DNA of 64,000 nt from contig MNCI01001886.1 of NCBI GenBank assembly GCA_015680685.1, forward strand, positions 208,847-272,846, read 5' to 3'. Within the stretch, counting starts at the first letter, position 1; the number at the start of each line of letters is the position of its first letter. Position numbers and translations under genes: made by a program. Shown here piece after piece: positions 1 through 12,300 of this stretch. Below the pieces are notes generated by a model. That model was not told where the DNA came from, made no database searches, and saw only the letters and a program-made list of their open reading frames with translations. The DNA comes from Gnetum montanum. Taxonomy: Eukaryota > Plantae > Gnetophyta.

Positions 1-1592
1 ATAATTTGGCTCTAATAACTGGGCTGAAAGACCATGACACATCAATTATCAAAGGTGATTATTAGCTTGTGGTCAACCAAGTAACTAATGTCTATGCTTG
101 TAAGGTTGAACATATACTACCATACAATAACTTGGCCATAAAACTAATTGAAAAGTTTGAAAATATTTACATCCAACATATTCATCATATTGAAAAAATG
201 TTAGTAGAAATTATAGCTACATTAGCATTGATAGTAACACTTAAAGTACTACATAAGTTACTATCCAAGACAGTAATCTATGTTCAACCTATTAAACAAG
301 AAAGTAAAGAAACATCCATTACTATCATAGACAATAACATGTAACCTAAATGGCTTGATAATATTAAATAATATGTATCACTTGGTGAGCCACCTTAACA
401 TTTAAATTCAATTGAAAAGAACATTATATGAAATAAAGCTAAATGATATGTTATCATGAACCATTACATACTTTGTTAAAGATCATACAATGATGTATTA
501 GTAGTTTACCTTTGAAATGTTGAAGCTCAAATAGTATTATAACAAGTACATGAGGGTTTTTGTAGGGGACATGTAGGATCCAAAACCATTGTCTCTAAGA
601 TTAGGTGCTTAGGTTATTATTGATCATACATGAAACAAAACTATATGCACAAATTGAAGACCTATGACAATTGTCAATGACATGGAAATGTGATGAATAT
701 TCCAGCAAAAGAGTTACATACAATAGAGATAACTTGGCCTTTCATATGATGGGATCTTGATATTATAAGACCTATAACACTCAAGTCATCTATAGGTTAT
801 AGTTTCATTACTACTATAACTAAATGCTTTAGAAAATGGGTAGAATCCATTCCATTAAGACAAAAAACATCATAATAGGTTTTTTGGTTTATTCTTGATA
901 CATTGCTTCACTATTTGTCTTGCCACTAATCATAGTTATAGATAATGATCTCTAGTTTAGCAGTAGTAAGACAAAAGTCTTATATATGTAATTAGCTATC
1001 CAAAATTCATTTTCTAAATCCTAATATTTACAATTCAATGGACAAGCTAAAGCTAGCAACAAAATTATAATCAACCTTCATAAAAATATGATAAACAATA
1101 ACAAGAAAAAAATGGCATGAAGAATTGTTATCTACATTATAGCCATATAGAAAAATCTTTTGTATCACCATTAGAGTCACATCTTATAGCCTTATACATG
1201 GTTTAAAAGCCATATTTTCTTTAGAATTACAAATTCCATCATTAATGGTAGCTCTATTTGACCACATTAACAAAGACTAGAATAACAAACTATGCACTAC
1301 CAACCTCTTCTCAGTGGAAGAACATCACGTACAAGCACTTTCCAACATTGATCTATACTAAGAAAAGTAAAAATAATGACATTACTCCAATCCAAATCAA
1401 TGCAACATTAAGAAAGGTAATCTAATCTTGAAGGATTTTCATGAATCTTCTAACTAGTTCACACCAAACCAGGAAGGATCATTGTTTGTCACTAAGGCCT
1501 TTGAAAATGGTGCATTCAAGATTGTTAATATGGAAAGGAATGAGGTAGCTAATACAATAAATCATTTTTATCAAAAGCCATATTACATCTAA
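1..1592 (+). pseudogene. Degenerate Tat-type Ty3/gypsy pol 3' part (archaeal-type RNase H end + integrase)
   Basis: Reads IIKGDY*LVVNQVTNVYACK (aRH), then LGYY..C..CQ.HG and WPF..WDLDII (integrase), ending NHFYQKPYYI* at 1590-1592. Homologous to 18140-19680 and to 52263-53760 (minus). Many stops and frameshifts. Confidence 0.9.
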
Positions 1593-2066
1593 CACTAACC
1601 CAATTTCTCTAGTCTTTAATTACTTTTATTGACATGTTAGACTAAGTGTATTCAAAACAAATTACTTCATTAGATGAGATGACCACAAGTAAAGGCATCC
1701 CATTTTTTAGCTTCGATCTCCTATTATTTTTCGAAATAATTATGGAATATTATAAATATTGTAAAATTTATTAAGCATTCATGATTATGGAGCTTTAAAG
1801 ATTGCTCTCTATTACTGGTACCTATACCAAGGTCCCAACAAATGTCTTTTAGGCATAGGTGTCATTGGTTCTCTATTCCTATTTACTCTCTCTCTTTCTA
1901 TTTTCACATATGTAACATTTTATGTGGCTAGTTGGTTTCTTCATAGTTGTGTTGACACGTTATGCCAAAGGATCTTACAAAGGTGTTTACAAGTTAAGCC
2001 TCTTATTGTAACCAAGTTCAAGAATTGCTTGAACTTAATTGGTCTATGTAATATTTAATATGCATT

Positions 2067-2666
2067 TTTTAGGATTATTTGGAAAATATGGAGCATAAGG
2101 TAGAGTTATATCTACTATTTTGTATTGTAAGGTACTTTTCCATAATTCAAGCCAAGGTGAAGGCTTTTTAGGTATGCCTTGACTTTTGTGGTCTCTTTTT
2201 TTGCATCCATTGTGTGTGTGATACATTGTATGTGCACATTGTTTTTATCCATGGTTTTATAAGTCACCTTGTATGAGCACACTATTTGTATCAATGGTTT
2301 GGTAAAACCAAAAACAAACAATGGTTTCATGGCTCCTTGTGTTGTCCATGACACTTATATATAAAGGGCTTAAGGCCTTTGATTGTAACAAGTAAGTCAA
2401 AAAACAAAGAACCAAGTAAGGTAGCCATAAAGGGTAGTGAGAGAAGTGTGGTTGTGAGTTACAAGCAATTTATGGTTGAGAATTCTCCTCTTGTAATTTT
2501 CCCTCTATTTTGTAGAAGAATTCAAGCTTCTAATTTTCTTGTGGAAGTAGGCTATAAGTTGAACAATGTAAGTCTTAGTATTTTTCTTCTTTTTATTTCG
2601 TTAATGATTTTAATCTCTAAAATAATTTTCTAATCCTATCCTATGGGATTGCCCTAAATCCTAATA
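2067..2666 (+). repeat. Possible solo LTR
   Basis: TATA-like TATATATAAAG at ~2356 followed by a GA-rich tract. Ends AATCCTAATA, an imperfect inverted match to TTTTAGGATT at 2067. No convincing TSD. Confidence 0.3.
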
Positions 2667-2667
2667 A

Positions 2668-3138
2668 TTTATAATGTGTGTAGGGGAAATAGCTACAAGG
2701 GCTTTAAAATATAACCTTTCTTCCAAGAATACTATTGTCTTCTAGAGGGGAAAAGTTAAATTTCATGAATTTGTTGTTGTACATGTCACCAATTGCTAAT
2801 TTGGTTTTGTTGCCTGCCACATTCATCAGGGAATTGAACATGATGGTAATATGCATTGCTCTTGAAATATAGGATAAATTCATAATTTTCAAGCTCATTT
2901 TAAACTATTCAATAACATACTTTGTGAACTTGACAAGCTTTTTGATTACTAAATATACAAATGTGTTGACACTTCAAATGTTAGGTAATGCAAAAGGGGT
3001 AGTTGCAATGGTAGTGTTAATTTTTCTATTTAGGAATCTTGTTTTATTATTAGGTTCTTTATTTTAGGAATGGTTGGATATGCCCTTACCATTATTGGTG
3101 TTATTCTGTATGGTGAATCAAAGCAACAATGGAAATGA
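2668..3138 (+). pseudogene. Truncated nucleotide-sugar transporter pseudogene (TPT/NST family, UUAT/At3g11320-like), C-terminal half
   Basis: Translates [14 protein letters not shown] [4-nt insertion] [101 protein letters not shown]. This matches the family motifs [20 protein letters not shown] and [29 protein letters not shown]. Internal stop and indels. Confidence 0.9.
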
Positions 3139-3320
3139 CTAGAGTTCAAGCCCAAGGCTAAAGAATGGATAGGCTAAGAATATTCACCATTACTTCATTC
3201 TTGTTTAGGGAAAATCAAGTTCTAGTTATTATTTTGTACTATTATTGAAATAATGTGGAAGAGTTGGATTTTGGACCAATGAAATATTCAATATAATTTC
3301 ATCCTATTTTATTCATTACT

Positions 3321-4983
3321 TGAAACACCACAAAAATTTGAATGCTATAACCAATCTTCATCATGTAGCTTTCACCTCATGCAACTTGAGGCTAGACTTC
3401 ATTGTAAATGTGAAAAGTTTAACCCACAATGGATAATTTCACATTATTCTTTTGGGGTTGATAAATGCCTCATAAGTGGTCAAAGCCTCATTCCCCAAGT
3501 GAAAAAAATCACTTAGTATATATATTTGCACTTGTCGTGGGGGGGAGATGTGTTGTGGGTGGGGGATGCCACGGTCAAAAATTCCTTTTGGAATGTCAAT
3601 TTGATGGGTTTTATGAGGGGTATACATTTTTCTATGTTGGAAACACATGTAGGGGTGTAGATCTCAGTTACCCTTAGCATGGAAGGAAGGGGGTTTTGGA
3701 AACCTTCCCCTTAAAAGTGAAGACCACATGCACAACCTAGAAACTTTTCATCCTAAATGTGAAAGTTTTCCCCTAGCCTAAAAACGTTTTTCCGAACCTG
3801 GAAAGTTTTCTCTCTATCCTAGAAAATTTTCCCTACCTTGAAAAGTTTTCCCCCAACTTGGAAACTTTTCCTCCTTAGCATGGATGTTTTCTCTCAATGT
3901 AACGTCTTCATCCCCAGCATGGAAAATTTAATCCCTTAGCGTGGAAGCCACAAAAAGAAAAAATTCATCAATTCATAGACTTAAATGTTGACTAGCCACT
4001 TCAACAAGCATGGTGGAGAGCTCAATGTGGAAGATTCATCTCCAGTGTGGAAGGTGTGCCCTAGTTCTTGTTTATAGTAAATGGAATAGCCATGGGGGAA
4101 ACACTTACTATGTATGGTAACCACAAAAATTTGGACACCCATATCACCTAAATTTGGCATCCAATTTGCAACAAAATTACATCAAATTTGTAGCCAATTT
4201 GTAGTAGTTTCATAGCCAATTTGCAGCCTCATGTATGGCCCAAAAAAATATAAACGCCAGCCTCGAACATCATGTACAATTTGGAAGAGTTTTTTCACAA
4301 TTAAGAAATTTTTTCTTAGAATTTAAGCAAATTATCAGCAAAGTCTACCCATTTTTACAATTTGACACTTGGGGCATTTTCAAGCATTCAAGGGTTATTA
4401 TAATCTCCCATGTTTGCATCCTCTTAAATCCCATTGTAAAAGAATAATCACCTTGAGATTTGTGGATTTTTTGTATCAACTTTGTACTCCTAGGTTCTGC
4501 AATCCCTAGCATGGAGCAATCTAGCATCCAAATTTTCCACTTTTCTCATCCCCAGTAGTGGCCCAACTTGCAGATTTGAGGGTGCAGTACTGAAGAAAGG
4601 TTTAATACCATCAGGAATGGATTAGCACTTAGATCATGGAGTAGATCACATCATTTTAAATGGTCTTTAAACTCTTTCATAAGTGAACCCCCTTTTCGCT
4701 CATCCAGGTATCATTTGTACACAATTATTTCACTTATTTTTTTTCTTTCTTAATAAAGTTTTCAATTTTGTGTTTCGTATAAAAAAATTATTTTCTATGC
4801 ATTAGTAAAATCTATTTGTATTCCCATGTTTTACATCTCATAAGTCCCTAGTTAATCTGTTGGACCAACCAAGGCACCTTGAATTCCATTTTTCTTGCAA
4901 AGGCCCCAAGGATTTGGGGTTGGGGAATTGTTGCTCAATGGATCCTTGGTTTTTTTCAATGATCAAGGTTTTCAGTCACAATA
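3321..4983 (+). repeat. 5' LTR of Tat element 1
   Basis: Starts TGAAACACCACAAA and ends GTCACAATA (decayed ...CACAACA). Colinear with 19934-21522; roughly 85% identical in a ~150-nt stretch aligned by eye. Confidence 0.92.
3735..3950 (+). repeat. ~21-22 bp degenerate tandem array inside LTR (GGAAAGTTTTCCCCYAGCNT)
   Basis: About ten units visible. The same array is present at ~20360-20530 in the 3' LTR. Confidence 0.8.
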
Positions 4984-4991
4984 TTTTTTCT

Positions 4992-5008
4992 TGGTGCTCA
5001 AAAGAGGG
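4992..5008 (+). promoter_or_regulatory. Primer-binding-site-like sequence of element 1
   Basis: TGGTGCTCAAAAGAGGG lies a few nt after the 5' LTR end and is absent after the 3' LTR. The cognate tRNA could not be assigned. Confidence 0.6.
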
Positions 5009-6189
5009 CCTTGACCTAAACTCTATAACTAGATCTATTATTTTTGTTGCTATTTGCAAGATTTTTCTTGAATGTTGTAGCCAAAAACTTTGAAGAATGA
5101 ACACTAATCTTTCCCCCCTTATGACAAAAACTGCAACATGGAAGTTGTAGGTGGTTGGGCTTTAGCTTTTCATAGCACTTGCTATGAATTTTACAAGTCA
5201 AAGCTAGTGTTGATATCTCCTCCCCCTATTCATTTTCCTTTTTTCTTACCAATACTTTACTTTTTAGCTTCTAAATGTAGGTGGTTCAACTTTTTCGCTA
5301 GTTGGCTTCCTCCCCTACTTTTCCAAGCTAAGAAAATTGGTAACTAGCTAAAACTAGTTTTAGTGGAAAAACATCAACTTTCCACTTTCTTTAGCCTTCA
5401 TGCCCTCCAATCAATGTTCAAGTAGGAGGTGTGACATTTCCATCATCTCAACCCCCTTCTTTCCCCCATTTGCCATACCTAGCTTGGAAGTAGTTGGGAG
5501 GCTAGCATTGATGAGGTTTGAAACTAATTTAATAATTAGATCTGATTATATTGCAAGGAAAGCCATTTTCTAGTAAAAAATCAAAAGGAATTCAACACTA
5601 CCTTTAATTCCTCTTCCCCCCACCCCCTACCCCCCTCCTAATATAAAAAACCTTCGTGTGGAAGTTGCAAGTGTTTTGGGTGCTAGAATATCACAACATT
5701 TTCTATGAATTCCTAAAGCAAAGAAAACATGAAAGCCTTGATAAGAATTAAATTTTTTTGTTATATTTTTCATTGGTTTTCATACCAACCAATCCTACAT
5801 TTCCTTCCTTTTTTGGTAAAAGTTGGCAACCTATCAAAATCATCTTTGGAAATTGCCAAGTTTCCATTTTGGTCTTCAAACTTTTTCCCCTTCTCTCCAA
5901 TGTTGGAATAAGAAAGTGTGATATTTTCATTATTGCACTTCCCCTTTTTTCCTTCTTCCATACCTAGCATAGAGGTAGTTGGAAGGCCAACTTAGGTGAG
6001 GTTTGAAGCCAATGTTTCTAGTATTCCATTTCTAGTAAAGGGGTAAACCCCCCTTATCCCCCACTAACTAATTATAGTAAATACATAATTTTTTCTCATT
6101 TTTATTTTCTCTAAGATTTTTTAAATTCCATTCATTGTTATTTACTCCTATTTTACTATTTATATCTTATTATTAAGTAATCCTTAGCA

Positions 6190-8673
6190 CTATAGCCATG
6201 CCTTTTCAAAAGTCCATGAATTTGCCCTTCGCCTTCATTCAGAAATCACTTGATTGGTATCACACATTGTCCAAAGGGCCCATATCCTCTTTGGAGGATT
6301 TAGTAGCCTAGTTTTTGAACCACTTTAAGTATAACTTGAAGCCTAACACAATGCTTGACCAACTCATGAAGGTCAAGTCGGGGTCCTTAGAACCCATACA
6401 AAAATTCATTCAATGGTGGAATGGACTACTAAATGAAATAATAGAGCCCATAGCTAAATCCCACTTGTTAGCCATATTCAAGGAATCAGTTAATGACTTC
6501 ATCAAGTATAAACTCTACTATCTTAATCCATGGTCTCTTGGCTAAGCATTCTCATGAATTAAAAATATAGAGGATTCCACAAAGGTTAGTCATGATTTGG
6601 CCTATATATCATATAAAAACCAACATACTCAAAGAGACAAGGAAAAGGGAAAATAAAAAAACACTACCATAGTAGCTATGATTAAGGAAACAAGACTATG
6701 AACCAAGGGTTGAAGGTCAATCCTCCCAAGGCCCCCACCAATGATCATAATAACCAACCATCCACTTCTAGGACCACGACATTGACAACAAATAGACCTA
6801 ACTTTGAAAGAAAGGACAAGTCTAAATACACTATGTTGCCATTAAAACCATTCGAGTTGCCAGACCAACTGTTAATAAGTGGATGGATGCAACAAAAAAA
6901 ATGATTGACGCCACTCGAAAAAAGCACAAGCAACTATGTGAAATGGCCAAAGATCCCACTCAGGCAATGAAGGATGATCCCCAGTTACCTAGATACTTCA
7001 AGCTAGACTATTTTTATCATTATCAACAATTACCTAGTCATGATATAGACTACTACCTTGCACTGAAGGATGATCTGCAAAGGATTATAGACATGGGGGA
7101 ATTGGTTTTGGATGCTTTTAAGCTAATTCTGCACAAAATCAATTGACGCAGGTCTACAAAGACCTGTTGAATGCTAATGATAGCCCCTATGTTATATCAA
7201 CATTAAAAATTAATGATAATCAAAGACCTACAATAGAACCATTCATGATTCAAGTACCCCTCTACAATGAAAGGGCTTCTTTGGCTTCCCATAGGTCAAG
7301 ATCCCCCTTTGTTTTGAAAGTACCATCATGAATTCCTTTGAGGGAACCTTTTTTCATCAAGGTCTCCCAACCTAATACAACCCAAATAGTTGTAGCCCAA
7401 ACAATTGTACAATGACCCCCTATGATAGCCAATGCTATTGCCTCTTCCTTATAGCCAATGGATGTGAACCAAAAACCTACAGCGAACCAAAGGAAGAAGC
7501 CTAAGCAAAAGACTAATAAGAAGGGAGATAAGTAGATGAAGGAATGAAAGGATGTGGACCCACTAAAGCCCACTTCAATTTTAGCTACACCCATGACCTC
7601 CTTTACCCTAACCTCTTTAACCAAGAAGCCATAGGAGGACACCAAAGCCCACAACCAAAACAAGAAGGAAGAGCCAGAATATCCATAGCCTAAAGTTGAA
7701 GTTCACATTTTGGGACACATGGAGGAAGTAAAGCACAATCAGTGACAAAGTCATGACCAATGAAAAAACATTCCTTAGTGCAATGGACCAAGTTAGGCAA
7801 TCCCTCAAGTAGAAAGACACAACCCTAAGCTGGTATGACTTGATTATGACTTTTGTCACACATTGTAAGATGCTAATCAAAATGTTGACCTCTATACTTT
7901 TTTGTGAGGATATTCCTACTAATGAGGAATCTATCCATGTAGTGATGATTCCTCCCTCACCAAGGAAAGAGAAGTCACCACTATTATAATTTTTCAATAG
8001 AAAATTTAAGGTTAATCCTTAGAATGACAAAGTGACTATAGCCCCTTTATTCATAACCATGCACATAGGACAATTTAAAACACATTGGCTGCATGTTAAT
8101 GACGAAGTTGCAACTAATGTCATCCCATGCACCATTGTTGAATGCTTAGGCTTAATTAAGCAAGTAGAACCCACAACCACCATAGCTCTTAAGTCCTTCA
8201 ATAGATCAAGAGCCATAATCAAGGGGTTTATCTCCTTGGATTTTGTAGTTAGAGAATAATTCCCTACAACTACTAACTTCTTGGTTGTGGAAGAGATACT
8301 AGGATTCAACTTGATCCTAGGAAGACCTTGGTTTACTCAGTTATGAGCTATTTCCATACCCATCCATCAAGAAATTCACCTTCCTTACAACGAAGGTGAA
8401 ATCATCATTCATGGTCATAAGAGAGTTCCCCTAGCTTTCAACAAAGTAGACATAGAAGAAGAGTCCAAAGTAGAGCTACAAGAAGAAGCTCTTAGCCATG
8501 AAGAGCAAAAAACCCAAGATAGCCAATGATGATAATGCAAGGCAATGGTATACATTATGGGATGAGCTTCCTTTTACATCATAAGTAAAGGGGATGATGA
8601 ATACAAGCTTGTGTAGAGTAGGCCTTACTCACGTCTTAATCTTGCAATGATTAAGAAGAATCTACATAAGTGA
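6190..8673 (+). pseudogene. Degenerate gag-protease ORF of element 1
   Basis: Gag-like FLNHFKYNLKPNTMLDQLMKVK..IQKFIQWW. Protease-like APLFITMHIG..VNDEVATNVIP..LGFNLILGRPW. Ends ..LHK* (TGA 8671-8673); the copy at ~22660 (minus) stops at the same position. Confidence 0.85.
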
Positions 8674-8890
8674 AGTTTACCTTAACCTTTCCATGCCTTG
8701 ATGACTAGATGCATTGATAGCCATATAGCCTTACTTTTCATTTATATTTTATTACATATGCAATTGTTGTTTTATGCTTTATGCACATAGCCTAATGCAT
8801 GTAGCCTGAGTTCATTTACATGTTTTTCTATCACCTTTCTTTATTTTTACTTATGTTTTAAGCATTGAAAAAATGTCTCTTTCATACTTT

Positions 8891-9030
8891 GTCTGCTAAG
8901 ACATTAAATTGGCATTATCATTCGCTAAGATGTTAAATTGACATTATTGTCTCCTAAGACATTAAACTAGCACTATGTCCACTAAGATGTTAAATTGGCA
9001 TGATGGCCCACCATAAACTCAAACTAACAA
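8891..9030 (+). repeat. ~29-bp tandem array (GTCYRCTAAGAYRTTAAAYTRGCAYTAT)
   Basis: 4-5 units visible. Related units at ~15630, 15903-15965 and 19717-19805. Confidence 0.8.
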
Positions 9031-9354
9031 AACTATATAACTTGTTGTTCTAATGGCCTAAAACTAGTAAACATTCCTTTTATTATTATATCTTATTTTG
9101 TTTATCCTATTATCACATCAATTTAATGTTATAATGAAAACATAAATATAGCCATGTTTATAATGTGTACTACTATAGATGCATATAGCCAAAAATAAAA
9201 CCAAATATTTAAATTTAAAATTAAAATTTTCATAACATAAATAGCCATAGCCACAATGTGTAGTAAAAATGTCAAAGAATAACAACCATCAATGACATAG
9301 TCTTGGATAACCATAGCCATCAACATCAAAGCAAAAACAAGTGGCCAATAAGCT

Positions 9355-12300
9355 AAACTAAAGGAGGCTGCTGAGTAGCATCTGGAGGAGGAAGTGGTGG
9401 ATCATTCCCACCCTCACCGCTAGGGCTAGAAATGTCTCATGAGGCATGAAATGTAATAACATATAGCTAGCTAGTAACCCATAGCCAAAATCATGACTTT
9501 AAACAAAAACTAAAACATAAAATATATCAAACCTCTAGAGATTTCAGCTCCATTACTTCTAGGGGTATATGGGGAAGGCCTTCCTCAAAACAATGGAGGA
9601 TTTGGTCCTCTATCATGTTGACATGGTTAACATCCCCAAGATCAACACCAGAAAGAATGTCAAACCTATCTATATGAGTCCAAGTAGGAGGCTCATGAGT
9701 AGATGTAGCTATAGAGGTCTCACCTAAAATAGTCATTATTTGATGAGTAGAGATTTGCCTCACCTTGAGAGTAATTTTAAAAATTTGATAAGCACTCTTT
9801 GCCTAGATCCCCTAGATGAACAACTCTCTCTTGTGGTATTCAACTGACTCTTCCTTAAGCCACTTTCGATAGGCCCCATGATTAACCTTATACTAATGCT
9901 TGTGGGCCTATTGTATCTTGCCTTACTCTAGGATGAAAGCATAGTGATCCTTCTAGTCCTCAACCTTTTGGAAGATAAGGTCCATCTACATACATTGTTT
10001 CACCATCTCTCGTGGGACTACTAATTTGTCTTGAACAACATGCTAGTAGTGGGCCCATGTGATCTCCTTAGTCTGTAACTCCCCCAAGTTAGCCACTTGT
10101 GCTTCCATAGAGGCTTTATAGTATCAAAGATCTGTAATCATATCCTATTTCCTTTGAGTTTTTTCCCTCAAGGCCATAACTTCCTCCCATAGGTATTTTT
10201 TGGACCTTTCTAGCTCCCATTAATCTTTTCTACATGACATTGCTAAATCAATTGTAATCTTGTATAACTTCATGAGTACACTAGACACATTAGAGCAAAG
10301 CTTAGGCAGGAGTCTACTTTCATGTCTTTGTTGGGATCCCACTCCATGGAGAGTACTACACAATCATAAAATACAACCTTCAATAGCCATAATGCAAGAA
10401 AGACCCATAATTAAAGCACATAAAAGAAAATTGTTACGTATCTTAGGTGTAGCCAGATGCAATTGATCGATGATGTCTTTAGCAATCCCACACAAGAGCT
10501 CCACTTTGTTTGGAATCTCTACCCATGATTTCACATGAAGCTTAAAGATAGGAGCTTGTGTTGGTGGCTTAGAAACTATTGCAAGCATAGACATCATTGA
10601 AAAGTTAGAATGAGAACCAAAGACAACCAATAAGATATAACAAAAATACCTCCTCTAGGATGATGATGGAAGAGGTACATGGTATCACCTCACCAAAAAA
10701 AGTCATCTAAATCATCTATACCTACATTGGCAAGTCCTTCAACCATAAGTTGCTTTTGTGCTACCTAATCTGCATGCCTTTGTTCTACCTCTATAGCAGC
10801 TTAGGATACTATGACTTGATGCTTATCTACAAGCATAGCACATAGAAAAATAGTTAAAACATAAAGCCATAAAGTAGTCACAAAATTTTAAAACATGAAA
10901 TAGAAAAATTTAAACAAAGAATACCTACAACTACCTACTATGATGGCTTAAGCTTAAACTTAAGCTTCTTCAGGGTAGGATAATCTAATGTTGGGATGCC
11001 TCCTTCATAGGCCTCTTGAGTTTCTCTCTAGTTGCCCCTTCAACCTCCATACACCATCATTTGGCATCTTGGACACTTTTAGGAAATGTGATGGGCTCAT
11101 CATCAAGGTTCTTAGTTATGATGTATAATATTTCATCCATTTCCTCTAGTGGATTCTGGACTTGCACTATTTGATAAATGTGCTTTATCTAGGGCCTATA
11201 AAGTTAGCTTTGATTTTGGCAAACCCATCATCCATTCCTATACACCATTAGGAACTTCACAAAACTCTTTAGATAACTTTGAAAAAATGAAAAGTGCATA
11301 TGGATTATTGTAGAGGTGTCAACACGAAGTCTAAGGATCTCCTCTCAAAGCCTAGTAGCCAAAGTAGTAGCCTAATAAAATTTTTTGGCCTACATTAAGA
11401 CCTTATTAAACATCCACCTCTATGCTAGACTGATTACCTTTTTTATGATAGTAGTTTGGGGAATGCATGAGACCTAAACAAAGGATATGATTCCTTTGCA
11501 TTAGGGTTTGTGGAGATATCCATCAAAATTCTAGAGTAGCTAGTGTTGGCACCAAGCCACTCTAGAACTTCTTTATGATGGCTTGATTCCATTATCATCC
11601 TATTAGGGACCTTTGCCCCATCAACAGGGATACCAATCAAGTCACTAAAGAGGCCATCACCTACATCCATGTTCACCTTAATACCTTAGGTGATGGTACT
11701 AAAATGACCAACCTTCTCATTGAAGGAGTCAATGACATAGAGTGTCTCTATAGTAGGAATGGATGGGATAGGTGCCATGAATACATCAAGAAAAATGCAT
11801 GTTGGTTGTTAGGTTCCTACCCCTTTAGCCACTCCTATGTTAATGTTACATCACCAAACTTCAAGATGAGGGCATCCTCATGATGTGAACATGAAAGTGA
11901 TATAGTGATATCAGCTAAGATGGAAAGTCCTAGGAAGAAATAACCAAAGGTTAGCATCAATATGAGTAGTTTCAAAAACCAAGAATAAAAATGAAACACT
12001 TAGATCCATAAAACACTAGAAGCTATATGTTCACCTTTATGTTTCTTTTTAGATGTGAAGGTTCCAACTACAAGGGTCTAACTTGTGCCATCGGCATCTA
12101 CCCACCAACTATGCATTGTGTCATCATCTTTGTTCTTTTTGTATATGAGGTTAAACCTAGTTGCATATTCATCAAATTCCCCTCTTAACTATTGTTACAT
12201 AGTAGTTCTAATTTGAGGACTCTTAGTGAGTTTATCCAAAGTATTTTAAGCCACTACCAAGATTTGATCATTGACAATCAAGCCTTCATTGTTGACCTTG

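Noticed and set aside
2014-2036. Perfect 9-bp hairpin AAGTTCAAG-N5-CTTGAACTT
   Set aside because: Single short inverted repeat, expected by chance in 64 kb of AT-rich DNA, with no supporting context.
3651-3686. tRNA-Ala-like start (GGGGTGTAGATCTCAGT..TTAGCATG) in the LTR
   Set aside because: No cloverleaf or T-loop, and CTTAGCATGG is the LTR's own repeat motif.
3735-3950. CRISPR-like repeat arrays (also 8891-9030, 43041-43110, 57715-57790)
   Set aside because: Units are head-to-tail without unique spacers, there are no cas genes, and the context is eukaryotic.
5100-6010. Diverged ~0.5 kb duplication and ORFs in the 5' UTR of element 1
   Set aside because: The duplication is visible but no consistent coding frame or domain was found. 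Treated as ordinary UTR repetition.
7262-7997. Long hydrophobic minus-strand ORFs (133 aa, 126 aa)
   Set aside because: Antisense shadows of the K/E/P-rich gag-PR linker.
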